Source of the DNA: an uncultured archaeon
Lineage (GTDB): Archaea; Aenigmatarchaeota; Aenigmatarchaeia; QMZP01; JACQNV01
Length of the DNA stretch: 64,000 nt
Reading direction: 5' to 3'
Assembly: GCA_964631205.1 (NCBI GenBank)
Contig: CAZVWU010000002.1
Coordinates: 755 to 64,754, forward strand
Made by a program: the position numbers and the translations under genes. The notes beneath the pieces were generated by a model that had not been told where the DNA came from, made no database searches, and saw only the letters and a list, made by a program, of their open reading frames with translations. This document shows positions 36,696 through 46,883 of the stretch, one piece after another; position 1 is the first letter of the stretch, and each line of letters starts with the position of its first letter.

Positions 36696-38120
36696 TTAAC
36701 TTACCCTGTATATTTTAAAGTTCCCTGACTGGAATATTGACTGCCCAGACGCAGATTTATAGAGCACTACTATTTGTATACCTTTTTCTTTTGCAATCTC
36801 AAATATCCTTTGGCTGGTTTTTTCTTTGTAGGCATTTTTAATCTCTACATAGATGTTTTTGTCAGGGAATTTTGACGGGCTGTAGCTTATTATATACTGG
36901 TCTGACTCGGTGAAGATTATGGGCCGTTTTGCCCAAGGTTTCAGGATGCTCCAGTCAGGCGGAGCGATAAATGTCTCATTTTTCCCTGTATTAGAGTCTA
37001 TCCACTTTCCTACAGCAACAGCGTCAGCTATGTCTCTTGAGTAGTCGGCCATATTTTTTGTTATCCCGTCAAAAATTGTCGAGTAATGTATGCTGCTGAA
37101 ATAAAGTGCGAGTATGCAGACCGACAAGACTCCGGCGGCTTTATTTTTTTTGAACAGGTTGCCAGCAAACCATGCAGAGAATATGAAGGAGAAAAATATT
37201 ACGTATTTATAGGCCCGATATAATGTGAAGAGCAGGATTTTTTCGCTGAACAGCCCAGCCAGGCTCGAAAGCGAGTAGATAGAAATTATAAGAAACCAGC
37301 CGAATATTTCTGTGTTGTTTTTCCTTGCTACAATAAATCCTAGAATTATCAGAGGCAAATATTTTGCTGTCGTGATCAGGCCGCTCATGAGGTTTGCATA
37401 CGGGACAGCCTGAAGGATTTCTCCTGTTGCTTCAGGCCCCTGCGCCGTTTTTTCGAAGAGGAAAGGGGATGATATGGCTGCGAAGGCTAATGCTGAAAGC
37501 AGGAAAAGCCTGTATTTCTTTTCTGATATCAGGGAATATGAAAGCATCAAAAGAACAGGCACAATGCTAAAGATATGGAAATATGAAAGGGTCCCGAGCC
37601 CAGCAAAGCACGGGATTGAATACTTTTCCCTGTCTTTAAGGAAAAGATATAATATCAGAGGGGCAAATGCAAAGACGAAATCTTTAGGCAATAGCTCGCT
37701 GACCCCTATTTCATCTGCACCCATAAAATGGGTGAATGCCAGCAAAAAGGCGGCTAACAGGGCTAGGTTTTTGTTTTTTAAAAGCAGACTAGCCAGCAGA
37801 TAGGCTGAAATTACAAAAACTGTTTTTAGAGCAAGGAAAAGGATAAAATAGGTTAGCATCATGTCAGAAAGTATATTATAAACTGCAGCTATTAGAGAAA
37901 AAAGCAGTGTTGGGTAGATTTTTATATATTCGTTGATCACAGGATCGTTGACAAAATACTGGTCTTCTGAAAGCCTGTATGCTGCTGGAATTTGCAATGT
38001 TTGGTCGTTGTTTTCCCAATTCCCCTGGATATGTGTAAGGGAAAGGTTTGCAAATTTAAATTCCAGCAGAGTTGATATTATTATCAGTAAGAGAAGTATG
38101 CTTATTCTTTTTTTATCCAT
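36696..38120 (-). CDS. polytopic membrane protein, possible GT-C-type glycosyltransferase/polymerase
   Basis: 474 aa, ~10 or more TM helices, with a C-terminal soluble domain. Confidence 0.45.
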   Translation of the reverse strand: MDKKRISILLLLIIISTLLEFKFANLSLTHIQGNWENNDQTLQIPAAYRLSEDQYFVNDPVINEYIKIYPTLLFSLIAAVYNILSDMMLTYFILFLALKTVFVISAYLLASLLLKNKNLALLAAFLLAFTHFMGADEIGVSELLPKDFVFAFAPLILYLFLKDREKYSIPCFAGLGTLSYFHIFSIVPVLLMLSYSLISEKKYRLFLLSALAFAAISSPFLFEKTAQGPEATGEILQAVPYANLMSGLITTAKYLPLIILGFIVARKNNTEIFGWFLIISIYSLSSLAGLFSEKILLFTLYRAYKYVIFFSFIFSAWFAGNLFKKNKAAGVLSVCILALYFSSIHYSTIFDGITKNMADYSRDIADAVAVGKWIDSNTGKNETFIAPPDWSILKPWAKRPIIFTESDQYIISYSPSKFPDKNIYVEIKNAYKEKTSQRIFEIAKEKGIQIVVLYKSASGQSIFQSGNFKIYRVS

Positions 38121-38121
38121 A

Positions 38122-39426
38122 TTAATTTTTCTCCATTAAATATTTTTTTACTACCTCAGCTGTTTCAAATCCAGACTCAGCTGCAACACCGGTCGACGGC
38201 ATTTTTGGGTATGTGCAATAGATTCCTGCGAGAAAGAGGCCCTTAACAGGCGTGATTGGGCCAGGCATGTATTTTGCGTAATCTTTATTATATATTGGCC
38301 AAGCTAAGTTGCTTTTTGTGATTTTTTCATACTTCACCATCTTCCTTATTTCAGGATTGACCTTTTCTAAACTCGAAAGATAAGCTTCAGATATTTCTTT
38401 TTCTGTTTTACTCCATAAATCATTGTTTTCATTCAAATAAGTAAAAACATAAAGTATTGTCCCATGACCATCCTTAGAATATATATTTAGGTTATGTTGA
38501 AGTATGCCTCCAAAAGGCCACTCACCGTAACAGAAATTAATCCAGTCAAATTCAGGGACTAATTTTTTGTCCAGGATATAGAATGCATTGATTATGTATT
38601 TGTATTTTATGCTGGAAATCTGGTCTGCAAAATCTTTTGGAAGGTCAATAAGCTTTGGAAGAACTGGAGTTGGAATTGTGCTAACAACAGCGTCAGCGTC
38701 TATTGTTTGTTTTTTCCCTAATGCCTCAATTTCAACAGCATTAGCTTTATTTTTCCATATAACTATTTTTTTTACATTAGCTGAAGTTATTATTCTCGCT
38801 TTTTTTTGTTGCAATTTATTTTCAATTGCTTTGATTATTGACTCAAAGCCCCCTTCCACAAATCCGTATCTTTCTCCTCCTTTAACAGTGTCGATAAGCC
38901 TGTTATAGAGCCATGAAGCGGAGACCTCCTCCAGGCTTTGGTTGAATTTTATTTTTGAAAGGGGTTCAAAAAGACTGTCGCATATATTCTTGCTTGCGGA
39001 TTTTGCCAGCCATTCTTTTGCACTCCGGCCTTCCAGATTATTTTGTTTTATTGTTCTGAGTTTGGCTGCAAATAGGCCAAATTTTATCCTGTCTAAAACA
39101 GGCAATGGCTTAAATCTCAAAAGGCCTAGAGGGTTTGCTATTCCGTAAATTTCATCTTTAAAATAAAAGCCCATCCTTACATCTTCCCATTTCAGTTTGT
39201 TTTCTAATCCAAGGTCCTTGATTATGGCGAGCAGTGTTTTATCTGTGCTAAGGATCCAATGGGAGCCCCATGGTATTTTTGCCCCATTATAATCAACGCT
39301 TGCCACTACACCGCCCAAACTATTTTGTTTTTCTATTAAAACGACATCAAATTCTTCAGATAATTTAAGGGCGCATCCTAAGCCTGCAAATCCGGCGCCT
39401 AATATAACAATTTGTTTTCTGGGCAT
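38122..39426 (-). CDS. FAD/NAD(P)-binding oxidoreductase (amine oxidase/phytoene desaturase-like)
   Basis: QIVILGAGFAGLGCALKL dinucleotide-binding motif. Confidence 0.65.
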   Translation of the reverse strand: MPRKQIVILGAGFAGLGCALKLSEEFDVVLIEKQNSLGGVVASVDYNGAKIPWGSHWILSTDKTLLAIIKDLGLENKLKWEDVRMGFYFKDEIYGIANPLGLLRFKPLPVLDRIKFGLFAAKLRTIKQNNLEGRSAKEWLAKSASKNICDSLFEPLSKIKFNQSLEEVSASWLYNRLIDTVKGGERYGFVEGGFESIIKAIENKLQQKKARIITSANVKKIVIWKNKANAVEIEALGKKQTIDADAVVSTIPTPVLPKLIDLPKDFADQISSIKYKYIINAFYILDKKLVPEFDWINFCYGEWPFGGILQHNLNIYSKDGHGTILYVFTYLNENNDLWSKTEKEISEAYLSSLEKVNPEIRKMVKYEKITKSNLAWPIYNKDYAKYMPGPITPVKGLFLAGIYCTYPKMPSTGVAAESGFETAEVVKKYLMEKN

Positions 39427-39493
39427 ACTATCTAAGAGAAATAAGTGTGTATTTATAGATTATGCCACTTTGGGATTAGCGTATATTAAAATA

Positions 39494-41092
39494 TCATTCA
39501 TCGCCGACTGTAATGTTATTCGGGGTTTCTATTCTATTTTTAAATTGCTGCCTTTGTTCAGGCTTTATCTGGAATATCAGAACATTTCCATTGCCATAAA
39601 CAATGGGTATGTTTAAGCTATTAAAAAGCTTTGCAATCTCTATTATTTTTGGGGCGTACCCTGTTCTAAAAATCTGAGGCGATAGCACAATATAGTCAGC
39701 GTTGAAACCTTCTATTAAATTGGCAGTCCACTGGATCCGGCCGCCAACTTCCTGTTGAAACATATTGGTTGCATTCCTATAGGAAAATGATTTCCAATGA
39801 GAAAAAAAGCCGATGAAATACACCGTTGAGTCTTTTTCTGTATTATTCCTTATCCATTGAAGGGCATCGTATTTATCATTAGTCAAGAATGGTTTGATAT
39901 CGAACATGAAAGATAATGGGCCAATTGATGCAGCAAATATCAGGATTACCAAGATCCCAGTAAAAACCGGCCTTGATGTAGGCGTTGCCACGATTTTATT
40001 AAGGCGATGCTCTGTATTTAGAAACCTCACTATATACTCATAGAAGAAATATACGGCATATGAGCTTAACAGCGCTATTATGATTGGAGTAGAGGAACTG
40101 AATACCCTGTTTGGGTAAGAGGATAAATGCAAAAAAATATCGCCCAGTAAAAAGAAAAGTAATATGCCTATCACCGGAGTAAATATCTGTATTGACTCTT
40201 CTATTTTGAACCTTTTTATAAACGAGATAAGAATTCCTATAGCGCCTGCCGCAGAAAATATAAGCAAGATATTACTCAGTGCCAGAATTTCTAGTATTTC
40301 TGTTAAGTAGACTGCACTCTGCTGTGCTGGAACTTCGCTTATTAGATAGGAGTTTATGAAGTTTATAAGAAATGGGATGGATATTAAAACGGATAGTATA
40401 AAAATTTTTGAAAGGACCTTGAAAATTGGTTTTTTATTTCTTCTGGTCGCAGAATAAAAAACCATTGAAATTGCATAAGGAAAAATATATGGCACGTAGC
40501 ATGTAATCATAAAAACCAGGGAGAGCAGCAATAAGAAGAAGTTTTTCCTTTGAGGATTATGGATATACTTGATTGATAAGAATATCGACAGCAAGAAAAG
40601 CATTGAGCCTGTAATTAAAGCCCAATCCCCATTGAAAAGGTGGCGGAGAGTGGACGGTGAGATCGCAAGTATTAACCCTCCAAAAAAACTGAGTATATTG
40701 TCTCTGGTAACAAATCTTAGAAAGAGAAATAATATGATTGGGAGGAAGCTGTAAACTATCGCTGTTGCAAGGAACCCTGAATTTACGCCCTTTGTGAATG
40801 GCAATATTAAATTGGCTAAGCCTCCAACTGTTAAATAGAAAAAGGGCGGGTTGTCCTGCAAATAAAACCTGTAGGATAGCGACTTCAAAACAGGATCTAG
40901 TGCAGCATATGTACCAGTTCTATCGTAGTTGAGCATGACTATAGGATATTTTGGGAGATACAGCATGTTTATTGTATTATCGACTGTGTCTTTGGAGTCT
41001 ATCGGATAGCCGTAAATAATCACAGGTGCAGCTCTTATTAAAAAAGATGTGATAAAAATTATTATTAAAAGCTGAGCTATTCCAAAATCCAT
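39494..41092 (-). CDS. large polytopic membrane protein, GT-C-like (no AglB WWDYG motif seen)
   Basis: 532 aa, many TM helices. Confidence 0.45.
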   Translation of the reverse strand: MDFGIAQLLIIIFITSFLIRAAPVIIYGYPIDSKDTVDNTINMLYLPKYPIVMLNYDRTGTYAALDPVLKSLSYRFYLQDNPPFFYLTVGGLANLILPFTKGVNSGFLATAIVYSFLPIILFLFLRFVTRDNILSFFGGLILAISPSTLRHLFNGDWALITGSMLFLLSIFLSIKYIHNPQRKNFFLLLLSLVFMITCYVPYIFPYAISMVFYSATRRNKKPIFKVLSKIFILSVLISIPFLINFINSYLISEVPAQQSAVYLTEILEILALSNILLIFSAAGAIGILISFIKRFKIEESIQIFTPVIGILLFFLLGDIFLHLSSYPNRVFSSSTPIIIALLSSYAVYFFYEYIVRFLNTEHRLNKIVATPTSRPVFTGILVILIFAASIGPLSFMFDIKPFLTNDKYDALQWIRNNTEKDSTVYFIGFFSHWKSFSYRNATNMFQQEVGGRIQWTANLIEGFNADYIVLSPQIFRTGYAPKIIEIAKLFNSLNIPIVYGNGNVLIFQIKPEQRQQFKNRIETPNNITVGDE

Positions 41093-41197
41093 ACATGGCC
41101 TGCCTTTTTAATCTGTAGACTATTTATTTTTCTGCTTTAAAGAATGGAGTTGTTGAACTATACATCAAAGGCAAGCGGCATAAATCTGTGTTTGCAT

Positions 41198-42148
41198 TTA
41201 TTCCGGATTATTAACCCACCATTCAAAAGTGTTTTTAATCCCGTGCTCAAATTCAATTTCCGGCTTATATCCAAAGGCTTTGTACGCTTTTGAAATATCG
41301 GGTATACATCTTTTAAAATCCGCTTTTCTCTCTGGGCCTAAAACAGGCTGTAGATGATCTTTCCCGGAAATTTTTATCAACAGTTTCGCCAGATCAAGAA
41401 CGCTTATTTCTTTTCCGTATCCTATATTATAAACCTCGCCTTTTGTATTTTTACTTTCTGCTGCAAGCAGATTAGCGTTTACAACATCGGAAATATGCAC
41501 AAAATCCCTTGTCTGCTTGCCGTCTCCGAATATAATTGGATTTTGGTTATTCAATATTTTTTTTATAAATATTGGTATCACGCCGCTTTCTGATTTTTCA
41601 GATCGTTGTCCTTCACCATAAATATTTGTATATCTCAATCTAACCGTATCCATCCCGTAAGCCTCAAAAAAGCACATGCAATAAGCCTCCATTGCATATT
41701 TGGCTGCAGCATAAGGTGAAACAAGCTGTATTGGATGTTTTTCATCCATTGGAATGTATTTTGGGTTGAAGTAGACATTGGTGGATGCGAGAAGGAATTT
41801 TTTGACATTAGCCTGCCTTGCCCAATTGAGGATGTTAAAACCGCCGTTTACGTTTATATCAAAATCAAAATCAGGCTCATTCACTGCTTTAGTGGGGTTT
41901 ATCTGAGCTGCTTCATGAAATACGATATCTATATCCTTGCCTATTTTTCTTTCAATTTCCTTGTCCCTAATATCACCTTCAATGAATTTTACGTTTTTGT
42001 TTTTCAAGAGGTATTCTATATTTTGCTTAAATCCTGAAAGGAAATTGTCCAGAAGTATAATCTCATTGTTTTCTGCCAAGGCGCCTGCTAGATGGGAGCC
42101 GACAAAACCAGCCCCGCCTGTTATTAGGATTTTTTTATCTTTTATCAT
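41198..42148 (-). CDS. NAD-dependent epimerase/dehydratase (GalE/UXS-like SDR)
   Basis: KKILITGGAGFVGSHL and a YAAAK catalytic motif. Confidence 0.8.
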   Translation of the reverse strand: MIKDKKILITGGAGFVGSHLAGALAENNEIILLDNFLSGFKQNIEYLLKNKNVKFIEGDIRDKEIERKIGKDIDIVFHEAAQINPTKAVNEPDFDFDINVNGGFNILNWARQANVKKFLLASTNVYFNPKYIPMDEKHPIQLVSPYAAAKYAMEAYCMCFFEAYGMDTVRLRYTNIYGEGQRSEKSESGVIPIFIKKILNNQNPIIFGDGKQTRDFVHISDVVNANLLAAESKNTKGEVYNIGYGKEISVLDLAKLLIKISGKDHLQPVLGPERKADFKRCIPDISKAYKAFGYKPEIEFEHGIKNTFEWWVNNPE

Positions 42149-42216
42149 AGATTAGAGCTAAATAGTCTGCTTACATTTATATCCTTTTACCCGATTTTCA
42201 TAGAAAAACGTATGAG

Positions 42217-42948
42217 TTAAAGCCCGAGACCTAGTCTAAGCTTAAACAAAGTAACTATCTCCTTTGTATAATCTTTTAAAGGGTTCATTTTGGAAACTCC
42301 ATATTTCCTTTTCTTCAGCGTCATTGCCACCTCTGTTATTTTATATCCTTTTCTTCTGGCCTTGACCACCATTTCAGGAAGTATGTTAAAGCTGTCAGAT
42401 TTTAGGTCAATATTATCCACCACAGTTTTTCTAACAGCCCTGAACCCATTGGTGACATCTTTTATCGGCATGTTGAACAATATTCTTATGAGAATTCTGC
42501 TCGTATCGCTTATAAGCCTTCTGTACCATGCGACGCCGATCATTTTCCCGCCTTCTACGTAACGGGAGCCTATGACTATGTCATAACCCTCTTTTATTTT
42601 TTCCATAAATTTTTTTATTTCATCTGGATCGTGGGTAAGGTCAGCATCCATTGTTGATATTACAGTACCCCAGGAATTTCTATACCCTGTTTTCAGTGCG
42701 GCCCCGAAGCCTTTATTTTTTTCGTGGTGCACTACTCTGAATTTTTTTTCTTTTTTTACAATTTTTTCAAGGAGCTCTCTGCTCCCGTCGGTGCTGCCAT
42801 CGTTAACCATCAAAACTTCGGTCCTGTATTTCCATTTTCTTATAAAGTTTTTTAGGGAGGAGACAAGAAATGGTATGTTCTCTTTCTCATTAAAAATCGG
42901 TATAAGAATTGTAAGTTCCTGGGAGTTTTTTGGCATAATACAAATCAT
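42217..42948 (-). CDS. GT2 glycosyltransferase (Dpm1/GtrB-like)
   Basis: LTILIPIFNEKENIPFL...VNDGSTDGS. Confidence 0.75.
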   Translation of the reverse strand: MICIMPKNSQELTILIPIFNEKENIPFLVSSLKNFIRKWKYRTEVLMVNDGSTDGSRELLEKIVKKEKKFRVVHHEKNKGFGAALKTGYRNSWGTVISTMDADLTHDPDEIKKFMEKIKEGYDIVIGSRYVEGGKMIGVAWYRRLISDTSRILIRILFNMPIKDVTNGFRAVRKTVVDNIDLKSDSFNILPEMVVKARRKGYKITEVAMTLKKRKYGVSKMNPLKDYTKEIVTLFKLRLGLGL

Positions 42949-43010
42949 GCTAAGTGGTATTTAAATTCATTCTGGGATACAAATATAAGGGTGTTTTACA
43001 CCTGCTTATT

Positions 43011-43961
43011 ATGGAAAGTTTTCGCGGAAAAAGAATTGTTGTGACAGGCGGCTCGGGATTTATAGGGTCTCAATTGACTGAAAGACTTGTGAAGGAAGGT
43101 GCATATCCCCATGTAATAGAAAAATCTGCTCTGAAAATGGAAAATCTGGAAAATGTCAGAAGCCATATAGAATTCCATCAAGCGGATATCTGCGACAGGA
43201 ATAAAATAAGCCAGATAATTTCAGATGTCAAGCCATCGATAGTATTCCATCTAGCAGCTTGCCTTAAAAGGGAAAGGGATCCAAAGATAATAGACCAGTT
43301 GATGGATGTGAACTTCAAAGGTACATTGAATTTATTGGATGCAGCTAAAGCAGTATCTGTAGATAGGTTTATTTTTCCAAGCACATCAGATGTATATGGG
43401 TCCAATAAATCTCCTTTTGTAGAGACCCAGGCAATAGACCCTGTGAGCCCTTATTCGCTTTCGAAAGCTGCTGCCGAACTTGCATGCAAAATGTATTTTA
43501 AGATATTTGGTGTTCCTGTTGTGATATTAAGGCCTTTCCTAACTTATGGCCCAAGGCAGAAGCCGGATCTTCTTATACCGGAGCTGATAATTTCTGCACT
43601 TTCAAAAAAAGATTTCAAAATGACAAAAGGCGAGCAGAAAAGGGACATAAATTTTGTCGATGATCTTGTAGATGCCTTTATGGCAGCAGCTCTGAAAAAA
43701 GAGGCTGTAGGCGAAACAATAAACATAGGCACAGGAAATATGTATAGAATTGTTGACATTGTTAAAACTATCCTTGACATAATGGGAAACCCAATAAAAC
43801 CTGATATCGGAGCATTGAAATATAGGGAAAATGAGATATGGGAGATGTATTGCGGCAATTCAAAGGCAAAAAAGCTCATTGGCTGGGAGCCTAAAACTTC
43901 CCTGTCTGAAGGCCTCGAAAAAACCATAAAATGGTATTCTGAAAATTGGAAAATAAATTAA
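43011..43961 (+). CDS. NAD-dependent epimerase/dehydratase (SDR)
   Basis: KRIVVTGGSGFIGSQL and YSLSKAAAE (YxxxK). Start is set at MESFRGK inside ORF 42954..43961. Confidence 0.75.
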   Translation: MESFRGKRIVVTGGSGFIGSQLTERLVKEGAYPHVIEKSALKMENLENVRSHIEFHQADICDRNKISQIISDVKPSIVFHLAACLKRERDPKIIDQLMDVNFKGTLNLLDAAKAVSVDRFIFPSTSDVYGSNKSPFVETQAIDPVSPYSLSKAAAELACKMYFKIFGVPVVILRPFLTYGPRQKPDLLIPELIISALSKKDFKMTKGEQKRDINFVDDLVDAFMAAALKKEAVGETINIGTGNMYRIVDIVKTILDIMGNPIKPDIGALKYRENEIWEMYCGNSKAKKLIGWEPKTSLSEGLEKTIKWYSENWKIN

Positions 43962-44668
43962 ACTTTGCTAAAAAATCTATATGAAATTGCATTTTTCAGG
44001 AATTCTACAATTGTTGACCTTCTGACAGTCGATTTTCCTTTTTTCCTTTCGCCCGCCACTGTGAGTATCCTGCAAATTTTTAGCTTTTTTTTGTAAACAT
44101 TGATGAAAAATTCAGTGTCCACAAACCAGTCTTTTGATTTCAGATTGAAGGTGCTGTATGCAGTTTTTTTTATCATTTTTGGCTTTGCATTTACGTCCCG
44201 GAAATTTTTCATGTACATTATGAACAGCAGTGTGTTGTACCAGAAAGAGGCTATTTTCCTATATGTTGTCTGGCCCCTGTCTGTCCGCTCGGAAAGGCCT
44301 GCATCGCAACCCTCTTCTTTCATTTTTCTATAAAGACTGAAATAGGAGTTTGGATTTATTGTATCGTCGCCGTCTGTCCATCCTATTATTTCCCCATCGG
44401 CAGAATTAAGGCCTGAGACAATGCCAAAGCCGTAGCCTATGTTCTTTTTCACTGTCACGATTTTTATCCTTCTGTCATCTTTTGAAAGATGCTTTAATAT
44501 CCTGGCTGTATTGTCGGAAGACCCGTTGTCGACCATGACAAGCTGGTAGGAAAGGTTACCGTCTAGTGCCTGCTTTATTTTTTTATAAACATTTTCTATA
44601 TTGCCTTCCTCATTAAAAAATGGGATTACAAGCGACAGGTCAAAATTCTTCATCAAATTTCCCACCAC
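43958..44668 (-). CDS. GT2 glycosyltransferase
   Basis: LSLVIPFFNEEGNIENV...VDNGSSDNT. Confidence 0.75.
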   Translation of the reverse strand: MVGNLMKNFDLSLVIPFFNEEGNIENVYKKIKQALDGNLSYQLVMVDNGSSDNTARILKHLSKDDRRIKIVTVKKNIGYGFGIVSGLNSADGEIIGWTDGDDTINPNSYFSLYRKMKEEGCDAGLSERTDRGQTTYRKIASFWYNTLLFIMYMKNFRDVNAKPKMIKKTAYSTFNLKSKDWFVDTEFFINVYKKKLKICRILTVAGERKKGKSTVRRSTIVEFLKNAISYRFFSKV

Positions 44669-46452
44669 CTTGAATATCTAGTGAAATTGAAGGCTACAGC
44701 AGGCTTTTCGGGCAGGCTTTTGATGTCTTTCACCGAATAAACAGTATAGTTTCCTGATTTATATTCAGCTGCGAAAGCCGACGAGGCGGCAAAATCAAAT
44801 GGCTGGACGTCATATTTCTGGAGGAATTTATTTTCCTCATCTCCATAGATTATGTATTTTACCATGTATTTCTCTATAAGGTCCTTGGAAGGGCTATTGA
44901 ATAAGGATAATGTATCCCCAAAGCTTGACTTAAGCCTTTGCTGATCGTATCCCCAACCCCTGAGGAAATCATCGCTGCATACAATCATTTTTCTTTCTGA
45001 AACGCCTGAATAAAGGGGGTTTGGTGCAGCCAAAATCCTGTCATGCGGGGAAGAATTATTTCCTGCCCATTCAGAGGCTGAATATTGCTGGAGGCCGTAA
45101 AAATTTTCAGCGGAGAATGTATTTTTTAGGTCATCTACATAGACAAAAATCCACGGGAGAATTAAAAGGAAAGCGGCTGCGGCGATCTTGATATGGCTGA
45201 AGCCCTTCAAATAGTAAAAGCCGAATAAAGAGAGTGGAAAAATGCTGAGGAAGATGTTCCTGTAGATGTTTGGATTTCTTGGCATCACAAACATTATTAC
45301 AAAAGCAAATATGGCTACTAAAGAAAATAGAAGCTGTATCTGGCCGCCATTTTTTTCTTTCAGGGCTTTTGCTGCTGCAAACGGCAGGATAACAAGAAGT
45401 ATGCTAAAATATTGCATCTGGCTGACGTAAAGGAACAAACCTGAAAGCGGCTGGAACATGTAAAGGCCTTTGGAAGAAGCTGTGTTAAGAAGATAAAACG
45501 GGAAAGCTGCAGAAAGTGGAAGCAGGTAATGAGCTGCTGATTGCATTTTGCGCCTCAAATTTCCGGTGCTCGCCAAACTGTAAGTTGTGATTGAGATTAA
45601 GGCTATTAAGCAAAAAACAAAAGAAAGGCCGTGTATGTAAATAAGGGAACTGACTAAAAACCCGGCAAGGATTTTATATTTTCTCCCGTTGTTGTTAAAG
45701 GATTTTACCATGAAATAAAACGCCAAGGAGATTATCGGGAGGGCATAACCCTGAGTGCTGAAAAGGAAGAATGATGCATAAAAATAGACTAAAATCACGG
45801 CCAAAAATGCAGATAAAATGGCATTATTGCCAGATAAGTATGTGTTCCCTAAAATGTACACAGAATATGCGAAAAGAATGAAAAGATAGAGGCCATAAAA
45901 AGAGAAAATTGAATATGTTGGCAGGCCAGAATATTCTGAGATAAGGTATGTCATTAAATGTGGGAACCAACTGTATTTCAATTTCTCCCCGGGGAGGCAT
46001 GCAGTGTCAGGCGGCAAGGACTTGTATGTCCTTATTTCATTAACTGCTGCCGCATGGAAGTGAGAATCTGTTATCCTGGAGAACGCAAATTGCGGAAGAG
46101 CTAAAAAAAAGAGCAGGAGCAGGATCAAGAAAAGGGAGGCTGATATTACAAAAACTGGTTTTTTAATTTTGCTCTTCACAGATTGTGCGCTAATTTTTGG
46201 TATTTGTTTCCCTGTTTTCAAAAAAATATATGCCCCGATCATTGTAATAATCACAGGTAAAAATATGAGCGAGCTTTCGAAGCCTATTGCAAAGGTTAAG
46301 CCTGTGAATAAGGCAGGTGTAAGGAAGAGGCTCAAAACTGCCGGTATAAAAAGCCTTTCAGCAGAGCGTGCTTCTTTATAAAATTGTTTTTGGAAAGCAT
46401 AGCCTGGGAAAAAGTGGAGGATGAAAAATAAGATGGCAGCAAAGATTATCAT
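44653..46452 (-). CDS. large polytopic membrane protein with C-terminal extracytoplasmic domain (GT-C-like/unknown)
   Basis: 599 aa, ~12 or more TM helices. Confidence 0.45.
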   Translation of the reverse strand: MIIFAAILFFILHFFPGYAFQKQFYKEARSAERLFIPAVLSLFLTPALFTGLTFAIGFESSLIFLPVIITMIGAYIFLKTGKQIPKISAQSVKSKIKKPVFVISASLFLILLLLFFLALPQFAFSRITDSHFHAAAVNEIRTYKSLPPDTACLPGEKLKYSWFPHLMTYLISEYSGLPTYSIFSFYGLYLFILFAYSVYILGNTYLSGNNAILSAFLAVILVYFYASFFLFSTQGYALPIISLAFYFMVKSFNNNGRKYKILAGFLVSSLIYIHGLSFVFCLIALISITTYSLASTGNLRRKMQSAAHYLLPLSAAFPFYLLNTASSKGLYMFQPLSGLFLYVSQMQYFSILLVILPFAAAKALKEKNGGQIQLLFSLVAIFAFVIMFVMPRNPNIYRNIFLSIFPLSLFGFYYLKGFSHIKIAAAAFLLILPWIFVYVDDLKNTFSAENFYGLQQYSASEWAGNNSSPHDRILAAPNPLYSGVSERKMIVCSDDFLRGWGYDQQRLKSSFGDTLSLFNSPSKDLIEKYMVKYIIYGDEENKFLQKYDVQPFDFAASSAFAAEYKSGNYTVYSVKDIKSLPEKPAVAFNFTRYSRWWEI

Positions 46453-46883
46453 AGCAGTTTCGCCATATCGCCGAAAGACAACCCCTCTATCTGAAGATTG
46501 CCTGTCGCAAATTCTGAAAACAGCGCCCCATTCATATTATAAGACCCGTATAAGATCCCTGCTATTGCATGGTCATTGAATTTTATTTTTATTTGCTCTG
46601 GGCATCTACCTATATTTTCTGGCATGCCTTTCGAAATTGAGAAGAAGCGTTCCTTTTTGTATTTTCCTGTTGTTTCTATTTTCATGCAGTCATAATTTTT
46701 AAGGGCTGCGCTGAATTTAGAAAAATAGTTCAGGGATTTTCCATTCCCCAGAGAATCCATAAATCCTTCTATCTGCTCCTCGCTTACGTCTGCTCTGTCG
46801 AAAACAGATTCCCCAACAAAAAAGAAAGCTGCGAATAAAAGCAGGGTACATACCACAAATCTTTTTTTCTCGTCCATAATCAT
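46449..46883 (-). CDS. hypothetical membrane-anchored protein
   Basis: 144 aa with an N-terminal hydrophobic segment. 4-bp overlaps with neighbours. Confidence 0.4.
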   Translation of the reverse strand: MIMDEKKRFVVCTLLLFAAFFFVGESVFDRADVSEEQIEGFMDSLGNGKSLNYFSKFSAALKNYDCMKIETTGKYKKERFFSISKGMPENIGRCPEQIKIKFNDHAIAGILYGSYNMNGALFSEFATGNLQIEGLSFGDMAKLL